From positions 1 through 48,746 of the forward strand of contig NZ_JACDCU010000001.1 of assembly GCF_013817365.1 (NCBI RefSeq): a stretch of DNA of 48,746 bases, read 5' to 3'. Of the stretch, positions 19,527 to 28,767 are shown one piece after another (position 1 is the stretch's first letter; each line of letters opens with the position of its first letter). Source of the stretch: Methylibium sp. (lineage in GTDB: Bacteria; Pseudomonadota; Gammaproteobacteria; Burkholderiales; Burkholderiaceae_C). The position numbers were made by a program, and so were the translations under genes. The notes below the pieces were generated by a model. It saw nothing but the letters and a program-made list of their open reading frames with translations, had not been told where the DNA came from and did no database searches.

Positions 19527-21728
19527 ATGCAACTGTCTGTCCACGAGCCTGGCGCAGCGGCCATCGTGGCCTACTTGGCACCGGAAATTCCGGCGCTGTC
19601 GGCCACCTTCGTCTACGAAGAACTGCTGGCGCTGGAGCGATGCGGCGTGAAGGCGGTACCATTTTCGGTTCATCGGCCGACACACCCCGCTTCGGCTCAG
19701 GCCTCGCTGGCAGCACGCACACGTGTCTTGTATGGCGATTCGTCGGCCCGCGCGGTGTTGCAAGCGCTTGCCGCGCTGCCGCACTTCGGTCGCGGCAGCC
19801 TGGAGTCGTTCTCATGGCTGCTGAGCGACATGCTCGCCGTCAAGCCGTGGCGCCTGCAGGCCTGGAAGCTGGCCTACCAGTGGCTCGCCGCCGCCCGCCT
19901 CGCCCGGCTGCTGCAGGACGCGAGCTGCACTCACCTGCACGTGCATTTCGCGCACGTGCCCACGCAGATCGGCATGTATGCGGCCGCCTTCACCGGGCTG
20001 CCTTTCACCGTGATGGCGCACGCGAACGACATCTTCGAGCGCGCGCTGCTGCTGCCGCAGAAGGCCCGCCGAGCCCAGAAGATGCTCACCATCTCTCACC
20101 ACAACGTCGTCTACCTGCGCTCGCTCGGCCTGCCGGCCGACAAACTGGCGGTCGTGCGCTGCGGCGTAAGTTTTCCGCCGCGGGCCGACCGGCCCGTCTT
20201 CGAGAAGCGCCCGCGCTATCGGATCGGGACCTTGGGCCGGCTGGTCGAGAAGAAAGGTGTCGACGATCTGCTGCGTGCCATGGCAAGGCTTCGCCATGAC
20301 ACGGAAGTCGAGTTGAGCATCGCCGGCGACGGCCCGCTGCGCACCGAGTTCGAAGCGCTGACCCGGCAGCTTGGCCTGCACGACCGCGTCCGCTTCGAAG
20401 GAGCGCTGGAACATGCGGCGGTCACTCCGTGGCTCCACACGCTCGACGCCTTCGTGCTGGCCTGCAAGACCGACGCGCAGGGCGACATGGATGGCATTCC
20501 GGTGGTGCTGATGGAAGCCATGTCGCAGGGCGTTCCTGTCGTGTCCACACGCTTGTCCGGCATCCCGGAGCTGGTGGTGCACGATCGCACCGGTCTGCTC
20601 GCCGAGCCCACCGACCCGGCCAGTCTGGCCGAGCAGTTGCAACGCCTGCTCGACGAGCCCCTGCTGCGCGAACGCCTGGCCACGGCGGCACAGGCCCATG
20701 TCGAGGCCGAATTCGGGCAAGCCGTGAACATCGATCGTCTGATGACGCACTGTGGCCTCGTGCCCGCTGCGGCAGACTCCCAGCCTTCGCCAACGAGCCC
20801 CGGCTCCATGAACCGCCGATACGTCCTCATATCGCCCTGCCGCAACGAAGCCGATTTCATGCGCCAGACGCTCGACACGGTGGTCGCGCAGTCGGTGCTC
20901 CCTGCGCGCTGGGTCATCGTCGACGACGGCTCTACCGACGCCACGCCGGCCATTCTGGCCGAATACCAGGCGCGGCACGACTGGATCACCGTGGTCACGC
21001 GCAAGGACCGTGGCCGCCGGGCGGTGGGCCCGGGCGTGATCGAAGCCTTCTACGACGGCTTCGATTCCATCGATCCGAACGACTACGACTATCTGTGCAA
21101 GCTCGACCTCGACCTGAGCCTGCCGCCCCGCTACTTCGAGCTGCTGATGCAGCGCATGGAAGCCGATCCCCGCCTCGCCACCTGTAGCGGCAAGGCCTAT
21201 GTGCGCAAGGGCGATGCACTGGTCAACGAGAACCACGGCGACGACATGTCGCTCGGCATGACCAAGTTCTACCGCGCGCAACGCTTCCAGCAGATCGGCG
21301 GCTTCGTGCGAGAGGTCATGTGGGACGGCATCGACTGCCACCGCTGCCGCATGCTGGGTTACAGCGCCCGCAGTTGGGACGATCCCGACCTGCGCTTCGT
21401 CCATCTGCGGCCCATGGGCTCTAGCCAGACAGGCATCCTCACCGGCCGCATGCGGCACGGCTTCGGCCAGTACTTCATGGGCACCGGCTTCTTCTACATG
21501 CTGGCCAGCGCGCTGTTTCGTGTTCGTGAGGCGCCGGTTGTCGTGGGCAGCGCGGCCATGCTGTGGGGCTGGCTGAAGAGCGCGCTGCAAGGCAAGCCGC
21601 GCTACGGCGACCTGGCGTTTCGCCGCTTCCTGCGGCGCTATCAGTGGCGTGCCCTGATGGTCGGCAAGGAAAGAGCCCTGGCCGAAATTCACCGGGAGCA
21701 GGGCGTTGCAGCCGGACTTCAACCGTGA
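19527..21728 (+). CDS. Fused GT4 (WcaL-like) + GT2 glycosyltransferase
   Basis: N-half: HLHVHFA, GRLVEKKG, DGIPVVLMEAM, SGIPELV. Pro/Ser linker. C-half from Met at 20808: ISPCRNE, VDDGSTD, KLDLD, WDGID. Confidence 0.85.
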   Translation: MQLSVHEPGAAAIVAYLAPEIPALSATFVYEELLALERCGVKAVPFSVHRPTHPASAQASLAARTRVLYGDSSARAVLQALAALPHFGRGSLESFSWLLSDMLAVKPWRLQAWKLAYQWLAAARLARLLQDASCTHLHVHFAHVPTQIGMYAAAFTGLPFTVMAHANDIFERALLLPQKARRAQKMLTISHHNVVYLRSLGLPADKLAVVRCGVSFPPRADRPVFEKRPRYRIGTLGRLVEKKGVDDLLRAMARLRHDTEVELSIAGDGPLRTEFEALTRQLGLHDRVRFEGALEHAAVTPWLHTLDAFVLACKTDAQGDMDGIPVVLMEAMSQGVPVVSTRLSGIPELVVHDRTGLLAEPTDPASLAEQLQRLLDEPLLRERLATAAQAHVEAEFGQAVNIDRLMTHCGLVPAAADSQPSPTSPGSMNRRYVLISPCRNEADFMRQTLDTVVAQSVLPARWVIVDDGSTDATPAILAEYQARHDWITVVTRKDRGRRAVGPGVIEAFYDGFDSIDPNDYDYLCKLDLDLSLPPRYFELLMQRMEADPRLATCSGKAYVRKGDALVNENHGDDMSLGMTKFYRAQRFQQIGGFVREVMWDGIDCHRCRMLGYSARSWDDPDLRFVHLRPMGSSQTGILTGRMRHGFGQYFMGTGFFYMLASALFRVREAPVVVGSAAMLWGWLKSALQGKPRYGDLAFRRFLRRYQWRALMVGKERALAEIHREQGVAAGLQP

Positions 21729-22803
21729 GGTCTACTGCCTGCTCGGCCTGCCCTTCGACGCGATCGGCCTGGACGCCGCGGTGCAGCGGGTCCAGCAGGC
21801 CGCGCGCGAGCGCAAGCCGTGTTTCCTGTCCACGCCCAACCTCAACTTCGTGGTCGCGGCGCAAACCGACGCGGCGTTTCGCAATTCGGTGCTGCACAGC
21901 GATCTGAGCATCGTCGACGGCATGCCGCTGGTCTGGGTGGCGCGGCTGCTCGGGTTGCCGCTGCGCGAACGAGTGGCCGGTGCCAGCGTGTTCGAACGCC
22001 TGCGGCGCGACGCCGGCACGCCCATCAAGCTCTTTTTCTTCGGCGGCGCCGATGGGGTGGCCCGTGCCGCATGCGAGAGCTTGAATGCCGAGCCGGGCGC
22101 ATTGAGCTGCGTCGGTTTCGACGCGCCGGGCTTCGAGTCGGTTCAAGCGATGAGCGGCGAAGAGCGAATCGCCAGGGTCAACGCTGCTGGCGCCGATTTC
22201 GTGGTCGTCGCGCTGGGTGCGCGCAAGGGGCAGGCCTGGATCGAACACAACCGCTCGCGCCTGCGCGCGCCGGTGATCAGTCACTTGGGCGCCGTGATGA
22301 ACTTCGTGGCCGGCAACGTGAAGCGTGCGCCGCCGTGGCTGCAACGCGGCGGGCTCGAATGGGTGTGGCGCATCAAGGAAGAGCCGGCGTTGTGGCGGCG
22401 ATATGGGAGCGATGGGCTGGCGTTTGCCGCCTTGCTGATGCGGCGCGTCCTGCCGCTTGCGCTGCAATCCTTTCTCCGGCGGCCGAGCCGGCAACAACTC
22501 GGTGCTGCGAAAGTCAGTCTCGAAGAAGGCCCGCAAGCTGCCGTGCTGCGTCTGGAGGGTGCGTGGACGGCGGCGAATCTCGCGCCTCTGCGCAAGGCCT
22601 TCACTGACGCGGCCGGCAGCCGCGAGCCCCTACATCTCGATCTGTGGGGCGTTTCGCATCTCGACAGTGCAGCGATCGCGCTGATGAGCCTGCTCTGGGC
22701 CAGCCGCACCGGCAATCCCGGTGACGCGCTCCTCTTCGGCGTTCAGCCTCGAGTGCGTCGCCAGATCGAACTTTCGTGTTCGACCTATCTACTCGCCGAA
22801 TGA
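21706..22803 (+). CDS. WecB/TagA/CpsF (GT26) glycosyltransferase with C-terminal STAS domain
   Basis: TPN, DGMPLVW, ERVAG, VALGARK, RAPPWLQRGGLEWVWRIKEEP..WRRY; C-terminal LRLEG...LDLWGVSHLDSAAIA STAS signature; TTG start. Confidence 0.88.
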   Translation: MQPDFNREVYCLLGLPFDAIGLDAAVQRVQQAARERKPCFLSTPNLNFVVAAQTDAAFRNSVLHSDLSIVDGMPLVWVARLLGLPLRERVAGASVFERLRRDAGTPIKLFFFGGADGVARAACESLNAEPGALSCVGFDAPGFESVQAMSGEERIARVNAAGADFVVVALGARKGQAWIEHNRSRLRAPVISHLGAVMNFVAGNVKRAPPWLQRGGLEWVWRIKEEPALWRRYGSDGLAFAALLMRRVLPLALQSFLRRPSRQQLGAAKVSLEEGPQAAVLRLEGAWTAANLAPLRKAFTDAAGSREPLHLDLWGVSHLDSAAIALMSLLWASRTGNPGDALLFGVQPRVRRQIELSCSTYLLAE

Positions 22804-24077
22804 TCTCCACCCTCTTCAAGTCGCTTCGCAATCGGCTCAGCATTGCCCGCTTGAGGGGCTGGGCGGCGTGGTGGTCAATCGCCAACCCGGAGCCGGTTGC
22901 AAGTGAATCGGCCCTTCGCCTGCTGATCCTGCCGAGCGATCCGTGGACCCTGATCGGCGCAAAAGGCGACGAGGCGATGATGATGGCGGTGACCTCGCAG
23001 CTCCGCGAGAAGCACCCGCGCCTCACTGTCGGTGTCGTCACCGCGACGCCTCAGGCGCAAAAGGCCGCCGAGGGCCTCGGAATGATTGCTGTGCCTGCCT
23101 GGAGTTCGCACTTCGCGCAGGACTACGCCTGCATGCGGCGGTTTCGCCCGAACCGCGTTGCGATCGTCGGCGCAGATGTGATGGACGGCTACTACAGCCC
23201 GGTTCTCACCGCCAAGCTGCTGGTCCTGGCCGATGTCATGGCGCGCCGCGGAGTCAGGGCGATGATCCTCGGCTTCAGTTTCAACGCCCAGCCGAGCGGC
23301 TTGCTCAAGGCCGTGTTCAACCGTCTGAGCCCCGAGGTCGCGGTCAATGTGCGCGACAAAGTGTCCCTGGAACGTTTGCGCAGCTTCTGCCGAACGCCGG
23401 CCACCCTGGTGGCCGATGCCGCATTCATGCTCGAGCCGGCGGAGCCGACACCGGACATCGCGGCGGTGCACGCCTGGGCGTCGAGCCGCCGGGCGGCGGG
23501 CGATCGGGTGCTGGGCTTCAACATCCACCCGATGCTCGTGCGCTCGTCCAATGCGGATGACATCGCCGCGTTGGTGCGTGCCGCGGTCGATGCCCTGCGA
23601 ACGGTCATGGCCCGGCGCGCCGTGTCGGTCCTGCTGATCTCGCACGACTACCGCGGCGCACAGAGCGACGACGCCTGCCTCGAGCCGCTTCATCGGGCCT
23701 TGGCCGACGAGCTGGGCCCGCGCCTGATGTACTGCACGCGCAAGTTCAGCGCAGCCGAACTTAAGGCCATTGCTGGCGAGATGGACGCCGTGGTCACGGG
23801 ACGAATGCACCTGGCCATCGCAACGCTGGGCATGGGCAAGCCCGTCGCGGCCCTGACCTATCAGGACAAGTTTCACGGGCTTTTCGAGCATTTCGACTAT
23901 CCCGAGAAGTACCTGCTGGCCCCCGCAGCGCTTGCCGATGGCGAGTCGCTGGTCCGCATGATGTGCGAGTTGATCGACGAGCTGCCGGCCCTTACGGCGC
24001 GGGTCGCCGAGCGATTGCCGGCGGTCATCGACGCGTCGCGCCGCAACGTCGACACCTTGCTTCAGGGGGCGCAATGA
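22800..24077 (+). CDS. Polysaccharide pyruvyltransferase family protein (WcaK-like)
   Basis: GDEAM, GAD..DG.Y, VRDKVS, DAAF, TGRMH, LTYQDKF motifs; ATGA coupling to the upstream gene. Confidence 0.85.
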   Translation: MISTLFKSLRNRLSIARLRGWAAWWSIANPEPVASESALRLLILPSDPWTLIGAKGDEAMMMAVTSQLREKHPRLTVGVVTATPQAQKAAEGLGMIAVPAWSSHFAQDYACMRRFRPNRVAIVGADVMDGYYSPVLTAKLLVLADVMARRGVRAMILGFSFNAQPSGLLKAVFNRLSPEVAVNVRDKVSLERLRSFCRTPATLVADAAFMLEPAEPTPDIAAVHAWASSRRAAGDRVLGFNIHPMLVRSSNADDIAALVRAAVDALRTVMARRAVSVLLISHDYRGAQSDDACLEPLHRALADELGPRLMYCTRKFSAAELKAIAGEMDAVVTGRMHLAIATLGMGKPVAALTYQDKFHGLFEHFDYPEKYLLAPAALADGESLVRMMCELIDELPALTARVAERLPAVIDASRRNVDTLLQGAQ

Positions 24078-25489
24078 CGGCGGGCCGGTTCGGCATACGC
24101 CAGGTGATAGACGGGGGCTTTTGCGTCGGCTGCGGCGCCTGCGCGGCCGCAGCGCGCGATCCTGCCGTGATGCGCTGGACGCCTTTCGAGCTTTATCAAG
24201 CCGACCTGACGCCGCTGGGCGAGCGTGCAGTCGATGCGCTCTCGCCGGTGTGCCCTTTCTCGGACGATGCTCTCGACGAGGACCGATTGGCCGAAGAACT
24301 GTGGCCCGACATGCCCGCGGCTCGGCCGGGAGTGATCGGGCGTTATCTGAGCGTGGGGGCCGGGCGAGTGGTCGATGCCGGCCTTGTCAAGCAGTCGAGC
24401 TCTGGCGGCCTGACCAGCTACGTGCTGCGCCAGTTACTCGAACGCGGGCTCGTGGACGGAATCATCCATGTCGGCGACACGGAAGGGGGCCCGAATGGCG
24501 CGGAGGGCACTCTCATGGGCTACCGCTTGTCATACCGTGCAGAAGACGTGGCGCGCAACAGCAAGTCTCGCTATTACCCAATTGAGATGTCGCGGGTGCT
24601 CGCGGCCGTGCGCGGGGACGGCAAGCGTTATGCGCTGGTCGGCGTGCCTTGCTTCATCAAGGCCGCCCGCCTGCTGTGCCGCGAAGACGATGCCTTGCGC
24701 GAGCAGCTCGTTTTCATGGTCGGGCTGGTGTGCGGCCACCTGAAAAGCGGTGCCTTCGCCAGGAACTTCGCCTGGCAGATGGGCGTGCCGCCCGAGCGGC
24801 TGGGCCGTTTCGATTTCCGGGTGAAGGACGAGCATCAATCCGCCAACGCCTATTCGGTCGCGGCCACCGAAGCAGGCACCGGGCGGGTGGTACAGGCCCC
24901 CTCGAGAACCTTGTTCGGCAGCGACTGGGGCCTCGCGATGTTCCGACCTCGCGCCTGCGATTTCTGCGACGACATCGCCGGCGAACTCGCCGACGTGTGC
25001 TTCGGCGACGCTTGGCTGCCCCAGTACGAAGGCGACTGGCGTGGCACGAACATCCATGTGCTGCGCAACGAGCAGGTTGCGTCCATCCTGAAAGAGGGCG
25101 AGCAGCGCGGCGACATCGTCCTGTTCGATTCCGACGCCGACGAGTTCGTCGCCAGCCAGGGCGGCAACTACCGGCATCGCCGCGAAGGTCTGCAAGTGCG
25201 CCTCGCGGACCGACACCGCGTACGGCAACCCGCGCCGCGCAAGCGCCAGTTCGGCGTCGAGCACCGGACTGCCCTGTTCAAGAGGTTTGTCTATCGCGCC
25301 CGCGTGGAGCTCGGCGATCACAGCCACGGCATGTTCCGCCGTGCCGTCGAAGCAGGCGATTACGGCGCGTTCCGCGCGGGGATGAAGCCTGCCCTCAGGC
25401 GTTACCGCCTGTTTGCTATGCTGAGTTCGGGGCGTGTGCTTGCGCAAATGATCGGCTTCGTGACGCGCCGTTTCGGCATGCGTCGTTGA
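24074..25489 (+). CDS. Coenzyme F420 hydrogenase/dehydrogenase beta subunit (FrhB/FdhB)-like Fe-S flavoprotein
   Basis: CVGCGAC..VCP ferredoxin motif, SSSGG, SRYYP, VGVPC, GLVCGH, CDFCDD..ELADVCFGDAW. Confidence 0.88.
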   Translation: MTAGRFGIRQVIDGGFCVGCGACAAAARDPAVMRWTPFELYQADLTPLGERAVDALSPVCPFSDDALDEDRLAEELWPDMPAARPGVIGRYLSVGAGRVVDAGLVKQSSSGGLTSYVLRQLLERGLVDGIIHVGDTEGGPNGAEGTLMGYRLSYRAEDVARNSKSRYYPIEMSRVLAAVRGDGKRYALVGVPCFIKAARLLCREDDALREQLVFMVGLVCGHLKSGAFARNFAWQMGVPPERLGRFDFRVKDEHQSANAYSVAATEAGTGRVVQAPSRTLFGSDWGLAMFRPRACDFCDDIAGELADVCFGDAWLPQYEGDWRGTNIHVLRNEQVASILKEGEQRGDIVLFDSDADEFVASQGGNYRHRREGLQVRLADRHRVRQPAPRKRQFGVEHRTALFKRFVYRARVELGDHSHGMFRRAVEAGDYGAFRAGMKPALRRYRLFAMLSSGRVLAQMIGFVTRRFGMRR

Positions 25490-25542
25490 GGCGCGACGTG
25501 CTCGGCTGCCGATAAAACAAGAATCGTCGACGTTCACCGTTC

Positions 25543-26382
25543 ATGCCGCGACTCGCCATCGTCTCCGTCCACTACTACCCGCAATGCTGCGAAGCGAGTC
25601 TGCGGGAGTTGTCGAGAATCGCCGGACGGGCACCGCCTGCGCATTGCATCCTGGTCAACAACAATCCGGCGCTGCAGGACCGCTTGCTCGGGCTCGCAGG
25701 GCGTCATGCGTTCATCGATGCGGTGGCGCTGCACGACAACAGCGGGCACGAGTTCGGCGCATATCAGTTCGGCCTGAATCGGGTGCTTTCCAACGGCGAG
25801 TTCGATTGGGTGCTTTTTCTCAATGACACAGTCGCGACCCATCAGTTTTTTTGCAGTCGGCATCGCAAGACCTTGGCTTCGTATGTGACTGAGCCGGTCA
25901 GCCACCATGCCCCGGCGGCGGTGGGAAGCCTCGAGACCCTGCCTCGTCCGTATTGCATCGCAGGCGCCCGCTCGCATCGCTGGATCACGACCAACATCTT
26001 TGCTCTGAACCGACTGGCGCTCGGGGTTCTGAAGGGGCGTGTACATCATCCGCAACTCGATGGCCTGATCCGGGGCGTGGGGGACATCGATGCTTTCTTC
26101 TCCGACGATCTGGACGAAGCCCTGAAGAATCACTTGAAGGCCTGGCTCTTCGGTGCGCTGCCCGGTTCCAGGTGGCGCGAAGCCGCGCCGCTGACGGCGA
26201 GCAACGCAGGGCACTTCGCCGACAAGGCGCGGTCGATTCTTCAGGAGAAGTACCTGTCGGCATTGCTGGAGGAGGGCCGCACCTGCTTCATGAACTTGCG
26301 AAAGATGGACCCCTTCGACCGCGTCAGATGCCGGGCGGAGCAGGTCGTGTTCGACATCCGCAAGAGCTTGGGTCAGGCATGA
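25543..26382 (+). CDS. Hypothetical protein, possible divergent glycosyltransferase (RgpF-like motifs)
   Basis: In-operon ORF, ATGA-coupled to the next gene; ILVNN, DNSGHEFGAYQFGL and FDWVLFLNDT resemble rhamnan-synthesis-protein motifs. Confidence 0.6.
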   Translation: MPRLAIVSVHYYPQCCEASLRELSRIAGRAPPAHCILVNNNPALQDRLLGLAGRHAFIDAVALHDNSGHEFGAYQFGLNRVLSNGEFDWVLFLNDTVATHQFFCSRHRKTLASYVTEPVSHHAPAAVGSLETLPRPYCIAGARSHRWITTNIFALNRLALGVLKGRVHHPQLDGLIRGVGDIDAFFSDDLDEALKNHLKAWLFGALPGSRWREAAPLTASNAGHFADKARSILQEKYLSALLEEGRTCFMNLRKMDPFDRVRCRAEQVVFDIRKSLGQA

Positions 26383-27500
26383 CCGCCCCTCGCATCCTTT
26401 TTGTCAGCCCGACCTCGCCGGACGACCGCTCGTACGGCGGTGCCTTGCGCAGCAATGTTTTGCTGCAGGCCTTGCGCAACTGCGGCGACGTCACGACGCT
26501 CGTGCTGACCCCCGGCAATGCGAACCGCTTCGTGCCGCATCCAGCCCCCGGTGTGCCGGCCAGCATCACCTTCCGGCATGCCTTCTTTCCCTGGCCGCAG
26601 CGCAGCCTGAATGCCGTTCGCAAGATGATCCGCGCAGCCCTGGAAGGCCGGAGCTTCGATTTGGTCGTGGTGCGCTACCTGTTGCTGGGTCTGTACGTGA
26701 GGCCCTGCGTGAATGCGCCGTTCATCCTGGACGCTGACGACCTTTCTAAACGCCATGCCAAGGAATCTGCGCCGCCCTTGCGACGCGCCGTGGCCGCTGG
26801 CAGGAAGCTGGCGCGCGACACAGTAACGAGGCTGGGCTTGCCGCGCTATTCGCACGTCTGGTTCGTCAACGAAGCCGACATGGCGACGTTTCGGGTCGTC
26901 TCGGGTTCGATGCTGCCGAACATCACGCCGGTGGTGAGCGTGCTGCCGTGCGCCGAACCGGGGCAACCGACGGTGCTCTTCGTCGGAAACCTGGAGTACG
27001 GCCCCAATGTGCAGGCGGTCGAGTACTTCGTCGCGCATTGCTGGCCGGACATCTACCGCTCCATGCCGTCCGCCCGGTTACAGATCGTCGGCAAGCGGTC
27101 TGGCGAGAACGGCAAGCGTTGGAGTGCCGTGGCGGGCGTCGACTCGCCCGGCTTCGTCGACGATCTCGTGGCTGAGTACGCCTGCGCGTCGCTGGTGATC
27201 GCGCCGGTGTTCAGCGGCGGCGGCACGCAGATCAAGGTGCTCGAAGCTTTAGCTCATGCGTGCGCGGTAGTGGTGTCGGATTTCGTGTGTTCCGGCTTCA
27301 AGCCCAAGCTGGAAGAAAACGTCCACTTCCTGGTTGCCAGAACACCGGCCGAGTGGGCGGCGTCGTGCATCGGCCTGATGCAAGACAAAGCGCGTGCCCG
27401 AACCCTGGGGGAAGCGGGCCGCGAGGCGGTCCGCCATCACTATTCGCCCGACAGCGTTGCCCGTTCGGTCGAAACCACCGTGGCGGCCTTGCTTAAATGA
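26379..27500 (+). CDS. Glycosyltransferase family 4
   Basis: RILFVSP..YGGALR, LFVGNLEYGPN, GFVDDL, GGGTQIKVLEALA. Confidence 0.88.
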   Translation: MTAPRILFVSPTSPDDRSYGGALRSNVLLQALRNCGDVTTLVLTPGNANRFVPHPAPGVPASITFRHAFFPWPQRSLNAVRKMIRAALEGRSFDLVVVRYLLLGLYVRPCVNAPFILDADDLSKRHAKESAPPLRRAVAAGRKLARDTVTRLGLPRYSHVWFVNEADMATFRVVSGSMLPNITPVVSVLPCAEPGQPTVLFVGNLEYGPNVQAVEYFVAHCWPDIYRSMPSARLQIVGKRSGENGKRWSAVAGVDSPGFVDDLVAEYACASLVIAPVFSGGGTQIKVLEALAHACAVVVSDFVCSGFKPKLEENVHFLVARTPAEWAASCIGLMQDKARARTLGEAGREAVRHHYSPDSVARSVETTVAALLK

Positions 27501-28747
27501 AGGTACTCGTCTTCGAGCAGTGGCATGGCGGCCACTACGACAACTATCTCGAGTGCTTGTTGCCGCGCCTTGCCGGGCTTGTGGACGAGGTCGTCGTCGC
27601 CGTGACGCCCCGATTCATGGCCTCACCCCAATCGCCTGGCAAGCGCGCCGGCCTCGCAGCTTTGGGCAACGTCGCGTTCACCGTCTCGGTTCCTGAGCTT
27701 TCGCCCCGGCTGCGGCCGGCCGACCGATACCGTGCGGCGAAAAACTTGGCCGACGCCATCCGGACGGTGAGGCCGGACTACACACTGCTGCCCTCGGCCG
27801 ACGCTCAGAGCTGGGCCATCGCCGGGTCCCAGTTTCTGGGCCTCGACCTGTTGAAGGGTGCAGGCCCCGTCGAGGCCACCTTCCACACCGGCTACGGGCC
27901 TTCGTTGGTCACGGGCAAGCAGCGCTTCAAGGAACTGGTCTATGGCCGGATCTACGGCCACCTGCGGCTCGCACGCATGAACTTCGTCAACTTCAACTAT
28001 TACGAGCACCTGAAGCGCAAACGGCACGAAGGCAAGACCGAGGTCAGGCTGGTCGGCGACCCGGTGCCCTCGCTCGAGCCCATCGGGCGCGAGGCGGCTT
28101 GCCGGCTGCTCGGCATCGACCCGGGCGGTCGTTACGTCGGCTTGCTCGGCTCGCTCGACCGCCGAAAAGCCATTCCGGAACTGCTCGCCGCTTTTCGCGA
28201 CGCCAGGCTGGCCGCCACCGACCGGCTGCTGCTCGGCGGCCGGTTGGCGCCGGAGTTCGCCGCCCTCATCCGCGATCGGTATGCGGATTTGCTGGCGAGC
28301 GGGCGGCTGGTTGTGATGAACCGTTTTCTGTCGGTCGAGGAGCTCGGGCATGGGTTCGAAGCGCTCGATCTGGTCACTCCCGTCTACTACGACTTCCCGG
28401 GCCTGGCCTCGCTCGCGTTGAAGGCCGTGGCGGCCGGCCGACCCGTCGTCGTCAACGACCTGGGCTGGTCGCGCAGTCTGGTGCTGAGATTCGAAGTAGG
28501 CCAGCGGGTGAACATTGCCGACAGCGGCGCGTTTGCGCGAGCGCTCGAGAGCGGGCTCGAGGCGGCTGAGGATTACCGAAACAGCGAAGCGGTTTCCCGG
28601 TTGCTGCAGTTCCATTCGGTTGAGAACTTCACCGACAACATGCTCGAAGGCGTCACCCTTCATTGCGGCGGCAAACTGCCGCCCAAGCGCTGCGATTGGT
28701 CCTGGGTTCTGGAGGCCTTGCCCCCCGAACGCCGCCACCTGCAGTAG
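27497..28747 (+). CDS. GT-B fold glycosyltransferase (divergent GT4-like)
   Basis: GGHY N-terminal motif, LGSLDRRK, AAGRPVV; the canonical EX7E is absent. Confidence 0.75.
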   Translation: MKVLVFEQWHGGHYDNYLECLLPRLAGLVDEVVVAVTPRFMASPQSPGKRAGLAALGNVAFTVSVPELSPRLRPADRYRAAKNLADAIRTVRPDYTLLPSADAQSWAIAGSQFLGLDLLKGAGPVEATFHTGYGPSLVTGKQRFKELVYGRIYGHLRLARMNFVNFNYYEHLKRKRHEGKTEVRLVGDPVPSLEPIGREAACRLLGIDPGGRYVGLLGSLDRRKAIPELLAAFRDARLAATDRLLLGGRLAPEFAALIRDRYADLLASGRLVVMNRFLSVEELGHGFEALDLVTPVYYDFPGLASLALKAVAAGRPVVVNDLGWSRSLVLRFEVGQRVNIADSGAFARALESGLEAAEDYRNSEAVSRLLQFHSVENFTDNMLEGVTLHCGGKLPPKRCDWSWVLEALPPERRHLQ

Positions 28748-28767
28748 AGCGCCGGAGCTTCGAGCAC

